Source: the human T2T-CHM13v2.0 reference genome, Homo sapiens. From it: a stretch of DNA of 64,000 nucleotides. The DNA lies in assembly GCF_009914755.1 (NCBI RefSeq), contig NC_060925.1. One strand, given 5' to 3'. Shown piece by piece: positions 13,214-24,508 of this stretch; the first letter of the stretch is position 1, and each line of letters starts with the position of its first letter. The notes under the pieces are model-generated. The model made no database searches. It had not been told where the DNA came from and saw only the letters and a list, made by a program, of their open reading frames with translations. A program made the translations under genes and the position numbers.

Positions 13214-13865
13214 CAGGGCTGCCCACTTACTGCTTCCTGTATCAGGCGGCATGAGAGTTACTGAGGATACAAAGATGAGTGAGACACTGCCCTGTAAAGC
13301 CATAATTGAGTTCACCTTTATGAATCTGTGTCTTAATTCTGACACATCATTTGAAAGTCATTTTTGGGGTAAAGGGGAAGGAATCAGGAGAAGATTAGAA
13401 AAATCTCCAATGACATCTTAATTATAAAGGTAGGGGAAGCTTTGTTTTGGAGGGCACTTTATGTAGAACTAAAGTATTTTACATAATCCTAGCTTTCCTA
13501 TCTGCTTCTCCAGCTTTTCCAGAAATAATTATTGGTGACCCATGTGCCAGATGCAAAGTTCAGTTTTCAGTTATTTCATATAAATACTTAAAAATACTTA
13601 ATTTTGAATTTGCAGTAAAACTTCTGCAATCAATATTTCTCAGATTTTCATGAAGCAAATAATTACTAAAATTGCTGCAAACAGATCAATATCCATGAGA
13701 TCAAGGTTCAAATACACTCAAGTTTATTCCACTATTGAACCTTTCTTCTTCCAGCAAACATTTTTCAGAAACACATGTAGATGTGTTTGAAAGAGTTTCT
13801 GTGGATGGTCTTTGACTTCATATTCTTCCTAAGAAAGAAATTGGTAGGATGCACTTGGTTGATAG

Positions 13866-14032
13866 CAGTGTTTCTCAGTCCTTGCTACATAATTTAGTCA
13901 CCTGAAGAATTAAAAATGATACTGTTCCCTGGGCCCATTCAGAGAGTTTCTGATTTAATTGACCTGGGTTAGAGCCCTCACATCAGACATTTCTACAAAC
14001 ACTGCAGGGAATATACATATGTTAACACTACT
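13866..14032. mobile_element. MER5A (hAT-Charlie)
   Basis: 'cagtgtttctca...gtcacctgaaga...cctgggccc...tctgatttaattgacctggg'. Confidence 0.75.
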
Positions 14033-16611
14033 GGATTAGAGGGTAAAATGATTTTATTTTCCTCCCCCCATAGCTTTCTTTACTGCTCTTCCATTCTTAG
14101 AACTTGGTATTAATTAATCAAAACCTATTTTTAAAAATGAATCAAGAAACCCCAAATAAAAATGATTAAGTGATCAATAATTTTATACTTTGCTCATTTT
14201 TTAATATTCGAGGAATAGCTAAATGGCATCATTTAGAATAAAAATCAAATTATAGCACAGCTGTGTTAATTATGAAAACAGATTAAAGTTTCAGTCCTTC
14301 TCATTTGTGTTTCTTATTTGGAGTCAGGCTTTTATATTTCCTTTTCCTCACACCCCTAGTCGCCTTCCCTCTCTTTCCTTCACTTCCCTTCTCACTCCGT
14401 TTAACATTTTATTGGGATACAGAAGCTTGACATTACTGTGGTTTCCTCAAGGTCTTTCATAGGTGCCACAAGACACTCTTTGCATTCCTTATCTGCAATA
14501 AGGCAAAGCGTAAGGAGTAAGGAAGATTATAAACAAACTTGAATGATATATACCCCCCCTTTCATATTTAATCTGTGCCCGAAGATATTGTAAGCTAAAT
14601 TACAAAATGTAGTATTGTTTCAGAAAAGGCAGCTGTTCAGGTTTACTCTTAGCAAGTTCAAATTGAACTCCATGGAATATGGAACAGGATAAATTATTTA
14701 CAATCTATTCAATTGCCAACACTTCCTTTGGACTGCAAAGAATATACATTTGTATTCCTGTTATACTCTATTGTGCTCTTCTATCTTTCACCATCCCCTA
14801 GGACAAGGAGAGGGTTGGAAGAAAAAAAAGATGATTGCTAAAGTCCCAGGTTCCTGGCAGAATGAATAATGTGAATAAAATGCATGTTTAGTCCAACAGT
14901 CCTTCTTAAGTGGTATATAAATAAATAGTATACAATAATAGATTTTGTGTGGTGTAATTGTTTTTATTCAAAAGTATAGATACATAGAAATACAGTATTT
15001 TAAAATCATAGGAAGTTCTTTTATTTATCTCTAGAAACCATATTAGCGCTTACGGAAAAGCAACCAGACTCAGTATGACTATTATGTAGAGGCCAAGAAT
15101 ATGACTTATACCTGTAATAATTTTCTTCATTACTGCCATGAACTATTTTAAAAAAGCAATTTTAATGATTAAATAGTCTGATTATGAACTTTTCCATCTG
15201 AGTGACCATGTAGACCTGACTTTATAAAGAAAGTGAAAGTAGGAAACTAGTAAATTGCTCTGCAAAATACCAAGATCCTTGAAAAACTTTCAGCCTTGTT
15301 TCTAATGGGGGTCTTCAACTGTAAACTGATATGCGTGAAGGTATTAGTTTGACTTTTCATTTTAAATGTTTAATAATGAAAGTATTGATCTATTTTATAA
15401 TATCATTTGCTCCTGATGCATTTCACAATCATCAAACTATAACACTGGAATAGCATGCTTTCCATAAGTGGTTATCACATGACATACCTAATATTTACTT
15501 TTAAAATAACAATCGGCAATTTCTATGATGATGATCCACTGCATTGGATAGCTAATTTTGAGTGGAATCAATAATACAGCAAACTGGTTACTATTTGGGT
15601 GGAAAAGTTTGCTTTTGTAAGTGATATTTTCAACCTGCCTTCAAAATTGCTGCCAAAGCCATTACTCTTCACCTAATGAGAGACTTTCCTGGACTCTTAA
15701 TGAATACAGCCATTCTCCAGTGCAGTGTTCAATACTGACTGTGGACCGTGCTGTTTCAGACCTGAATTGAAATTCATCAATGCCTGTCTTGTTGGTGAAA
15801 TCATTAGGAAGCAATGCATTATTAAAGAGTTTTTCAGACACAGAGGGTTTGGAATTGCTATTGATAACAAATGTTGCTAATGTTTTCCTGCAAAATTGCA
15901 TGGTGAAAGGCCATGGATCTAAAGCTTCAAGCAGTTTTGAGAGCCTGGAGTGGAATATGTGACTACTTGTGGTAGGTATGAGCTTTGAGTGATAGCTGCT
16001 TTTTTTTTTGTCCATTAGCTAGAAACATATAGGAGTTCAACCAGCAATGACAGAATCCCCAGGAAAAAATATTGTAATGTTGAATTTCCTTCACACACAC
16101 AAAAATTTGTAGTGTTAAAGCCTTTTCGCTTAGATGAGCTGTTCTCCAGTGTTTATTGAAGAGTAGTAGGTCCAAAGGTGAACAGATAAATAGAGCCCTT
16201 CACTTGCTGAGTTTGAAGTCTGTTGATTTTATGAGTACCAATAAGGAAAGGCAGCATAGCCATAAAAAAGCACAAAGAACTTCAAATGTTATGTTCTGTT
16301 GTCCAAGACCTGCAATTACTCTACTCCTTATATTGTCTCTGGATTTTGCACATTTGACCTGATCTTTTCAAAGATTCTGATTTGGCAATATAATCACCAT
16401 TTTCATTATCATAGATTTTAGAAATTTATTTTTATATTGAATTTTACTGTGAGAGTGAAGGATTTTATTCAATTACTTAGCTACATTCTGCACTGATATT
16501 TATAGTTAAAATGGCTTTTACCATTCCTAACCACACCTAGCCTGAAAATGATTGTCAGTTAGCTGACTTGGGAGCAGTGAGCACAAACTAGATTTTTCTT
16601 TATTTATAAGT

Positions 16612-17141
16612 TGCTTTTTTTAATTTAAAAATTTTAGGTTCAGGGACACAAGTACTGTTTTGTTACATAGGTAAACTTGTGTCATAGGGGTTTGCTGTAC
16701 GGATTATTTCATCACCCAGGTATTAAACCCAGTACCCATTAGTTATTTTTCATGATCCTCTCCCTCCTCCATCCTCCACCTTCCACCCTTTGAGAGGCCC
16801 CAGAGTGTGTTGTTCCCCTCTGTGTGTCCATATGTTCTCATCATTTAGCTCCCACTTATAAGTGAGAACAGGTAGCATTTGGTTTTCTGTTCCTGTGTTA
16901 GTTTGCTGAGGATAATGGTGTCCAGCTCCATCCATGTCCCTATAGAGGACATGATCTCTTTCTTTTTTATGGCTGCATAGTATTCCATGGTGTATATGTA
17001 TCACATTTTCTTTATCCAGTCAATCACTGATGGACATTTAGGTTGTTTCATGTCTTTGCTATTGTGAATGCTTCAGTGAATATACATGTGCATGTGTCTT
17101 TTATAACAGAGTGATTTATATTCTTTTAGGTATATATTCAG
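16612..17141 (-). mobile_element. L1PA13-16-like 3' end
   Basis: 'tttgttacataggtaaacttgtgtcatagggg...attatttcatcacccaggtattaa...cccacttataagtgagaac'. Confidence 0.9.
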
Positions 17142-17444
17142 AGAAAGGACCTTTCAACAAAAAAGTTTATTAATTACTAAAGTTCCTTTGAGTTAATTTG
17201 AAATTCATTTGTTGGAACTCATTAGGATTTTAGCAAGCTCAATGTTTGCTTGGAGGAATCTAATGGAAGGATATATTGAGATTCTGCATCATGTCTAGAC
17301 ATAAATTAGAAAGCTACAGGTATGGTAAAATGAGAAGTTGGTAGCATAGTGGCAATTTGTTGAATATATGAGCCTTTCTATGATTCAGATGATTTAGATG
17401 TTTTCGGTCTCATACTACTTTAAAAGTAGAATTAGAATAGAAAC

Positions 17445-17990
17445 TGACATTGTTTTTAACATTCATACATGCCAGGTTCTTTTTAAATACTTTATATGTA
17501 TTAACTAATTTAGTCCTTTGAAGAATCTTATGAGGTGGGTACAATTACTGCATTCTTTTAAAGAAGGGGATTGGGACATAATGAGAATAAGGAACTTGTC
17601 AGGACTTGAAGTCAAGCAATTGGGCTCCAGAGCCCTCACTCTTTTTTCTTTCTTTCTTTTTTTTTTTTTTAAGACATGGTCACACTCTGTCACCCAGGCT
17701 ACAGTGCAGTGGTGCAGTCTCAGCTCACTGTAGCCTCTGCCTCCCAGGTTCACGTAATTCTTGTGCCTCAGCCTCTGGAGTATCTGGTATTACAGGCATG
17801 TGCCACCATGCCCAGCTAATTTTTATATTTTTAGTAAAGACGACTTTTCACCATGTTGGCCAGGCTGGTCTTGAACTCCTGACCTCAAGTGATTCACCTG
17901 CCTTGGCCTCCCAAAGTGCTGGACTTGTAGGTATGAGCCACCGTACCTGGCCCAGGGCCCTCACCCTTAAACCTATCCTCTACAGGGCTA
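17445..17990 (-). mobile_element. MIR interrupted by Alu
   Basis: 'atgccaggttct...cttatgaggtgggtacaatta...gggctccagagccctcac' continuing as 'ccttaaac' after the Alu. Confidence 0.55.
17641..17952 (-). mobile_element. AluS (Sx/Sz-like)
   Basis: Full dimer; TSD cag(a/g)gccctcac flanking. Confidence 0.92.
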
Positions 17991-18421
17991 CCTAGGTTTG
18001 GGAGAGACATAAGAAATATAGTATGAATGAGAAAATGATATTTGAATATCTTATATGAATTAAAATGATATTTAGATAATTTGAAATAATTACAAGCTCA
18101 CGTAACTAGTTTGTGGCAAAATAGAGACTAGAATTCAGGTCTCCTAACGTGTCAATGTGAGACTGGGGACAGAGGCTGGGAATGTGGCTCTAGTGTGTGG
18201 CTGTGTTGGTATGAAGCCTTGTTGAAGGTCTGAAAGACCTTAGAACCATTCCCTCCCTCTGCCACTTTCTAGCTTGGTGAACCAGGATAGCTTAGGCTCC
18301 CTGGGATTTGATGAACTTGTCCTAGAACAAAAAGGTCAAACAAAATGATCTCTAAGGCTTTTTCCTTCTAAAATTCAGTGATACAAATTTAGTCCCTGCC
18401 CTCCCCACCAACACACACACA

Positions 18422-18753
18422 CAGGTTTAGTATCCCTAATCTGACGAACTGAAATCCTCCCAAATCCAAAACTTTTGGAGTACTGACATGACGCCACAAG
18501 TAGAAAATTTCGCAGCTGACCTCATGTGACGGGTTGCAGTCAAAATGCTGTAAAAACTTTGTTTCATGCACAAAATTATAAATATTCTATAAAATCACCT
18601 TCAGGCCATGTGTATGAGGTGTATATGAGTCAAATGAACTTTGTGTTTGGACTTGGGTCACATCCACAAGGTACCTAATTATGTATAGGCAAATATTCCC
18701 AAATCTGAAACACTTCTGGTCCCAAGCATTTTGAATAACGGATTCTCAATTTG
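18422..18753. mobile_element. Tigger4/MER46 (Zombi) DNA transposon
   Basis: TIR-like caggtttagtatccctaatctga ... ataacggattctcaatttg; internal 'gacctcatgtgacgggttgcagtcaaaa'. Confidence 0.82.
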
Positions 18754-18761
18754 TATATCTC

Positions 18762-18769
18762 TGTGTGTG

Positions 18770-18816
<47 letters not shown>
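18762..18816 (+). repeat. (TG)n microsatellite
   Basis: Direct reading. Confidence 0.95.
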
Positions 18817-18818
<2 letters not shown>

Positions 18819-19289
18819 ATTTTGGAACTACCTCCCTTAAGGTTTTACCTGTCATGAGTCAGTCATTTATGTAAAAGAGAAACTTAACTTTTCTATTGGT
18901 GGGAAATTTTATCTAAGAAATAAAGAGTAGTTCAGTGGTAGGTAGAAATTTGGACCATCAAAGATTTTTTCTCAGTTAATATACTACATCAAAGTTTGAT
19001 TTAACAAAGGCAAATTATAAATCCTCAATAGAACAAAATAGCATTAATTTATTTTTAAAACTTTAAAAGTGAGATTTTTGTATGTTACCTTAGTATTTGT
19101 ATAATATAGCAAATACCCATAGGTTAATATAAAAACACTCTCTTTATTCTTCTTTCTTCAAAGCACCTCCCAGTACCTGAAAAAGTGTAGCATATTTAGG
19201 TATGTACTGTTTACCGTCTGCTCCCTACTAGTGTAAGTTCCCAGAAGGTGTGACTTGTTTTGATCCTACTGTATGTCTATCATCAAGAG

Positions 19290-19504
19290 CACAGGTCAGG
19301 AAACTTTTTGTGTAAAGGGCCAGATACTATTGTAGGCTTGGCAGGTCATACTGTCTTTGCTGCAGCGACTCAACTCTGTTGTAGCATGAGTGTAGACACA
19401 GAAAACCCAAGCACTTAGTTGTGGCTGTGTCCCCAGAAGGTTTTATTTACGAAGGCAGATGTTGGTCTGGATTTGGCCTGCAGGTCATAGTTTGCTAACC
19501 CCTG
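19290..19504. mobile_element. MER58A inserted in an L2 3' end
   Basis: 'aaactttttgtgtaaagggccagata...actcaactctg...ggatttggcctgcaggtcatagtttgctaacccctg'. Confidence 0.85.
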
Positions 19505-20317
19505 ATCCTGGAGCAGGTCCTCTCCTATAGTAGAAACTCAATAGCTGTTTATTAAGTTAATGAGCGAAAACAGTAATTATTATTCATGTAAGAAATGTTT
19601 AAGACATTTTATTGCTTATCCGTGCATCGTTAGCCCACTCTGGACGAAAGTCCCTGCTTGGAAGACATATTACTCTCTGATCCATTCTTTTCTGTAAGAT
19701 TTCATTTATCTAACATTTGGCCATGTGGCACCAGCTTCCTAAGTTTGGATCAACTTCCTATTTGCCTTCAACAAGTGTCCTTTCTCTTGTTTTTCTTTCT
19801 CTTGTTTCCTTGTCCTATCTTAAAACCTATCTTTTTATCAACAGTCTTTATTGATTTTTTTTCCTCTGACATTTCTACTTTCTAAGCTTGTACTGTCACC
19901 CCAAGAATCATGTTCTTGGCTTAAATGATTTCTTTAGCATAGAATTTTGAGCTTTGGAACTATCATATATAACCCTGTGATTAAAATAAATTCAGAGGAA
20001 GAAACCCTTCAAGATTTTGATTTAGGCTTTATTTTACTTTTAAAAGTCTTGTTAAAATTACGAATGTCTGTTTAGGAAGTAGGAAGAAAAAAGAAATTAA
20101 GGATATAGTTTAAAGTTGATAACTCCTTTAGGAACCTTTAGACTTTTTTTAAATTTAATAAATTGAGCAGAGAATAAGAGAATCTAGAAATCTGAGGATT
20201 TTCTATAATGCTTTTTAGTCCAGATTTTCAGTTTTTTTTAAAAGAGATTTTTATTTGGCCAGAGTAGAAAATAAAATTTAAATGCCATAGATGCCGTGTC
20301 TATGATTTGATTTTCTT

Positions 20318-20760
20318 CTGCTTACCAAGCTAATAAGTTCACCTGTTACTATTTCATGGATGCTGGCAGAAAATAGAATACTCCTAGATTAGAGACAAAG
20401 GACTTTATGGATTATGACATAACAAGCAGCAAGGGTATCAGCATATTCGTGTTGGCACCCCTTGCTCCCAATTCCTACAGAACTGACACAGTACAGCCCA
20501 AATATATGCTAAGCACACAGTGGGTTTGCGCTGTGGCTGAGGAGTACTGAGTTTGGAGAGTCTACTGCTTTTATGCATAGTAAATACAACTTGGTCTTTG
20601 TCTAGAGGCAGAGGCTAACTCCTCTGTCAGGGTTGCTCACTGCAAACACAGCCCTGAGAAATGGACTGAATAAAGAGTGGTCAAGGTCTTGCATTCTTGA
20701 CACACCCAGTATGACATAAAAGAAAGCACTAGGCCTGAGGAGGACTGTCTCTCCTGCCAA
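20318..20760 (-). mobile_element. LTR40-like solo LTR (ERVL)
   Basis: 'tttcatggatgctggcagaa...agagacaaaggactttat...ctgcaaacacagccctgagaaatgg...cttgcattcttgacacacccag'. Confidence 0.75.
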
Positions 20761-22486
20761 TAGGTAGAATGACTGGAAGCAAGAAGTTACATGAGACTAA
20801 TTGGGAGTAGCACGGGTTGGCCCTAGTGATCTCCTAGAGAAGAAATCAATGTAAAGACAGGAGGTCTGTTAAGCTATGCAATATCTTATGGGGCTCCACT
20901 AAACCTCAAATGGTTATATCCTAGAGACTATTTCTGTCAGCCAATGAATATTTACTTATGTCATCTGAATATTTCTTGTCAGTTAGATACCAAGTTTAAA
21001 ATACACATACCTAATTAAAGATAATTTTGATTAAATAAAATTTAACTAGAACTTAACTTGAACTTTCATAGTTCGGATGCTCTATAATTCTTAAGTCCAC
21101 AGATATTTAATCTCTCCATGCTGAAACTTGTTTATAAAAGTTTCTGATTAAAAACACTTCTTTCTTTTTGTTGGATTCTTGTCAATATGAAATTCACATA
21201 CAACTTTGGCACCAAATTAGAAGGAGGGGTCTGTGACATGCGTAAATTATTACAGAGCTAATATGTAATACATTTAAATCTAAGGAGTACAGACATTGGT
21301 GTGACACTAATAAACCGTGGATTTTCTTGGTATTACTAGTACTATCATAGATCCATTTCCATTGCCCAATCTGAAACTCAGCTTGAATTACTAGACTAAA
21401 AATGAGGGAAAGCTATTTGTGTTTTTGACTCTGCCTTAGGCGTTATAATGTGGGCATAAAATCATGAAAAAGGGCAAATCAAAACATTTTGTTCATACTC
21501 TTTTTATTTAAAAAAGGTAGTAAAACAACCCTGAGTATGAATTAAGATTTTTAAAAGATTTGGAAATTTTCATGTAAGAGTTATGATAGGACAAGAGTTC
21601 TTTTGGACAAAAGCACTTTTATGGGTTATAATTTTCCATGTTGTTGAACAGAAATGACAAAACTAATGAGGAAAACAAAGTATGTTTTAAATTTTGAAAT
21701 GCTAATTATATATTACAAGAATAATTTCATTTTTGGCTATTTAGTTTTTAAATTTTGATGACTAACACAACTCCGTGTTTTCCAGCACTAGCAAGCAGCG
21801 TTTAGATATTCTTTACAATTCTGAGTTTGGCGTAAAGTTGATTCTCAGGATACTAATGAAAGATTTATAGAGTTGGTCTAATACAATAATTGGAAGCCAT
21901 TTCATAGTGGCCATGACAATCTTTCTTCCAGTTTTATAATTTTAATAGGTGTTATTGGACTTCTACAATATGGAGTGTGTATTTTTCTCTGTTAGTAGTT
22001 TACAACCAAGTGTGAGAATATACATATACAATAAAGACTAATATAAACCATATTAATTAGTTCAGGTATCAAAGAACTACAGAAACTTAGAAATTCAGGA
22101 AATTTATTTACATGATTCATTGCATTAATAGAGCAAAGGAAATATTATTTTGATCAATGCAAAAAACCAAACAACAAAAAAAAATCCCTTCAGAAAAATC
22201 AGTAAGTACTCTGTGGTGAAGGGCTTTTTAACCTCAAAGTCATCAACCGTAAGTTCGCACTTTGATTAATTTGATACCAAAATTTAAGGTTTTCACTTTT
22301 ATGAAGGTCACCACATATACAATTCATGGGCAGCCAACAGGATGAAGAAGATATTTGCAATTCTAATATTGATGAGCTACTTTCTGAGTATAACTTACTC
22401 CTGCATATCAACAAGAAAAATCCAAAACGGTGCAGATAGGTAAGTTACTAAAGAGGAAAATCGAAAGGCCAACAAGTATATAAAGG

Positions 22487-22958
22487 TGAGGTAGGAGGCA
22501 GAACTCTACTCTGGAGGTGGGGCTTGGTCATCGGACCAAATTGAGGATTCGCTAAAACAAGTCAGGGGCAGAAGCACCTCCCCATAACACAGGCCCACCA
22601 ATGTGCTGTGGCAATACCCAGAAATTACCACTTCTTTCCACGGCAACAAGGAGATAGCCTGGAAGTTACCACTCTCATTCTAGAAATTTCTGCATAAACT
22701 GCCCCTTACTTTGCATATTATTAAAAGTGGGTATAAATATGAATGAGTGCTGGAATGCCTCTAGGCTGCTATTCTGGGCACACTGCCTATGGTTAGCCCT
22801 GTTCTGCAAGGAGCAGCACCACTGCTGCTGCTGTACACTGCTGATTCAATAAAAGTTGCTATTTAACACCACTGACCCACCATTGAATTCTTTCCTGGAG
22901 GAAGCCAAGAATCCTGCTGGGCTAAACCCCGATTTGGGGGCTTGCCTGTCCTGTATCA
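22487..22958 (+). mobile_element. MER66B-like solo LTR (ERV1)
   Basis: TG...CA termini, perfect 4-bp TSD AAGG, TATA at 22732, AATAAA at 22848, 'ggaccaaattgagga' and 'ggaagttacc' motifs. Confidence 0.88.
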
Positions 22959-23015
22959 AAGGGATGTCCAATTCAAATAATCAGAGAAATGAATATGAAA
23001 ACAATTAACACTTCT

Positions 23016-23224
23016 GAGAAGTCATCAAACTGTTTTTAAAGGGCCAGATAGTAAATACCTTAGGCTTGGCAGGCCCTATTGTCCCTTTGCAATTACTCAA
23101 CCCTGTCACAGTAGCATGCAAGCAGCCTAGGCAATACATAAACAAATGGGCATGGCTGTGTTCCAATAAAACTTTATTTATATAAACATGCAGCTGACCA
23201 ATAGGCCATGGTTTGCACATCCTT
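23016..23224. mobile_element. MER58A
   Basis: 'aaagggccagatagtaaata...gggcatggctgtgttccaataaaactttattta'. Confidence 0.85.
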
Positions 23225-24197
23225 TTTGCTGCCAACAATTAGAAAGATGGACGATGGCAACTTTTTCAGGCATGTAAGAATATTGAAATTAACATGGCGC
23301 TGGTAGGAGTTGATTGTGGCAGCCACATACTACCTTGTTATATTTAGCATTATGTCATATTAAGTATCCTTCAACCCAAACTTCTACTTCTGAACATATG
23401 TCCCACAGACATTCTTTAACAGATTCATGGGACACATGTCTGAGGCTGTTCATTGCTGCATTGTTTGTGGTGGGGAGAACTGAAGGCAATCCGTTACCAG
23501 GGGAGTGGATGCTAAGATGTGGTGGATTTACTAAATGGAGAATCAAGCAGAACTTCTGTGCAACGGGCTAGATGAACAGACAGTTATATGGATGGAGCTT
23601 AACAACAGTTCTGATTAAATGGTGAAAAACAGAAGAAAATAGAAAATAAACACCCATTTATAAAAATGTATGTACACCGCGCAAAACTACAGTCTTTCAG
23701 GAACACATGCAAACAAACGTATACATGTAAACACATTAGAAGGTGTCCATGGAAGAAATCGGGAAATGGCGATTACAAGAAACAAAATGTGAAATAGGAC
23801 TTTGGGAGACCCATGATGACAGGGTGTTAGGGACTCAGGAGAATGAAACACTCAACCCTGTAATGGAGAGAAAAGGAATAGGAAATGGAAGAAGAGGCAA
23901 ATCTTCTAAGGAAGTGCCACCAAAAGAAGGCTACTTCAACCTTCCGTGAGCAGTGAGCAGCCAAGCTCCCCAGAAGCTCCTTCCCTGCTGAAGAGCTAGG
24001 CCCGCATTCCTTTTCCAGGATCTTTGCTGTATGAATTGATGCCATATGACATCCTCCCTGGCTCCACTCTGTCTGGTTCATGGGCCCAAACCCCACCCTT
24101 AACACCATCTCCATTTTGCTGACCTGGGTCTAAGACCCTTTGTTTCAGGACCTGTTTTTGTCTGTCTGCTCATGGCACCTTTAGATTTGACATTTCC

Positions 24198-24508
<311 letters not shown>

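Larger units (their letters stand above)
12665..13235 (-). mobile_element. MIR split by a templated insertion at 12873-13213
   Basis: MIR core 'ttcacaacgactgtataaggcagg...gttacatgacttccccaaagtt...gaaccagacaggctga', continuing as 'ttccagggctgcccactta' after the insert. Confidence 0.6.
22300..23760 (+). mobile_element. L1ME-like 3' fragments hosting MER66B and MER58A
   Basis: Degenerate 'catatcaacaagaaaaa...aaaggccaacaagtatataaa' and 'gttcattgctgcattgtttgtggtgg'. Confidence 0.5.

Noticed and set aside
15526-15600. ATGATGA as snoRNA box C or SECIS start
   Set aside because: No box D (CTGA) or terminal stem at suitable distance; SECIS spacing to the apical AA does not fit.
17505-17995. Alu-derived ORFs (also at 2919, 7090, 24258, 28065, 29727, 31940, 48811, 53200, 62996)
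   Set aside because: Typical Alu peptides ([22 protein letters not shown]); no independent evidence of coding.
19641-19652. GGAC-GAAA-GTCC GNRA hairpin / hammerhead-like half
   Set aside because: Only a 4-bp stem and no upstream CTGANGA; expected by chance.
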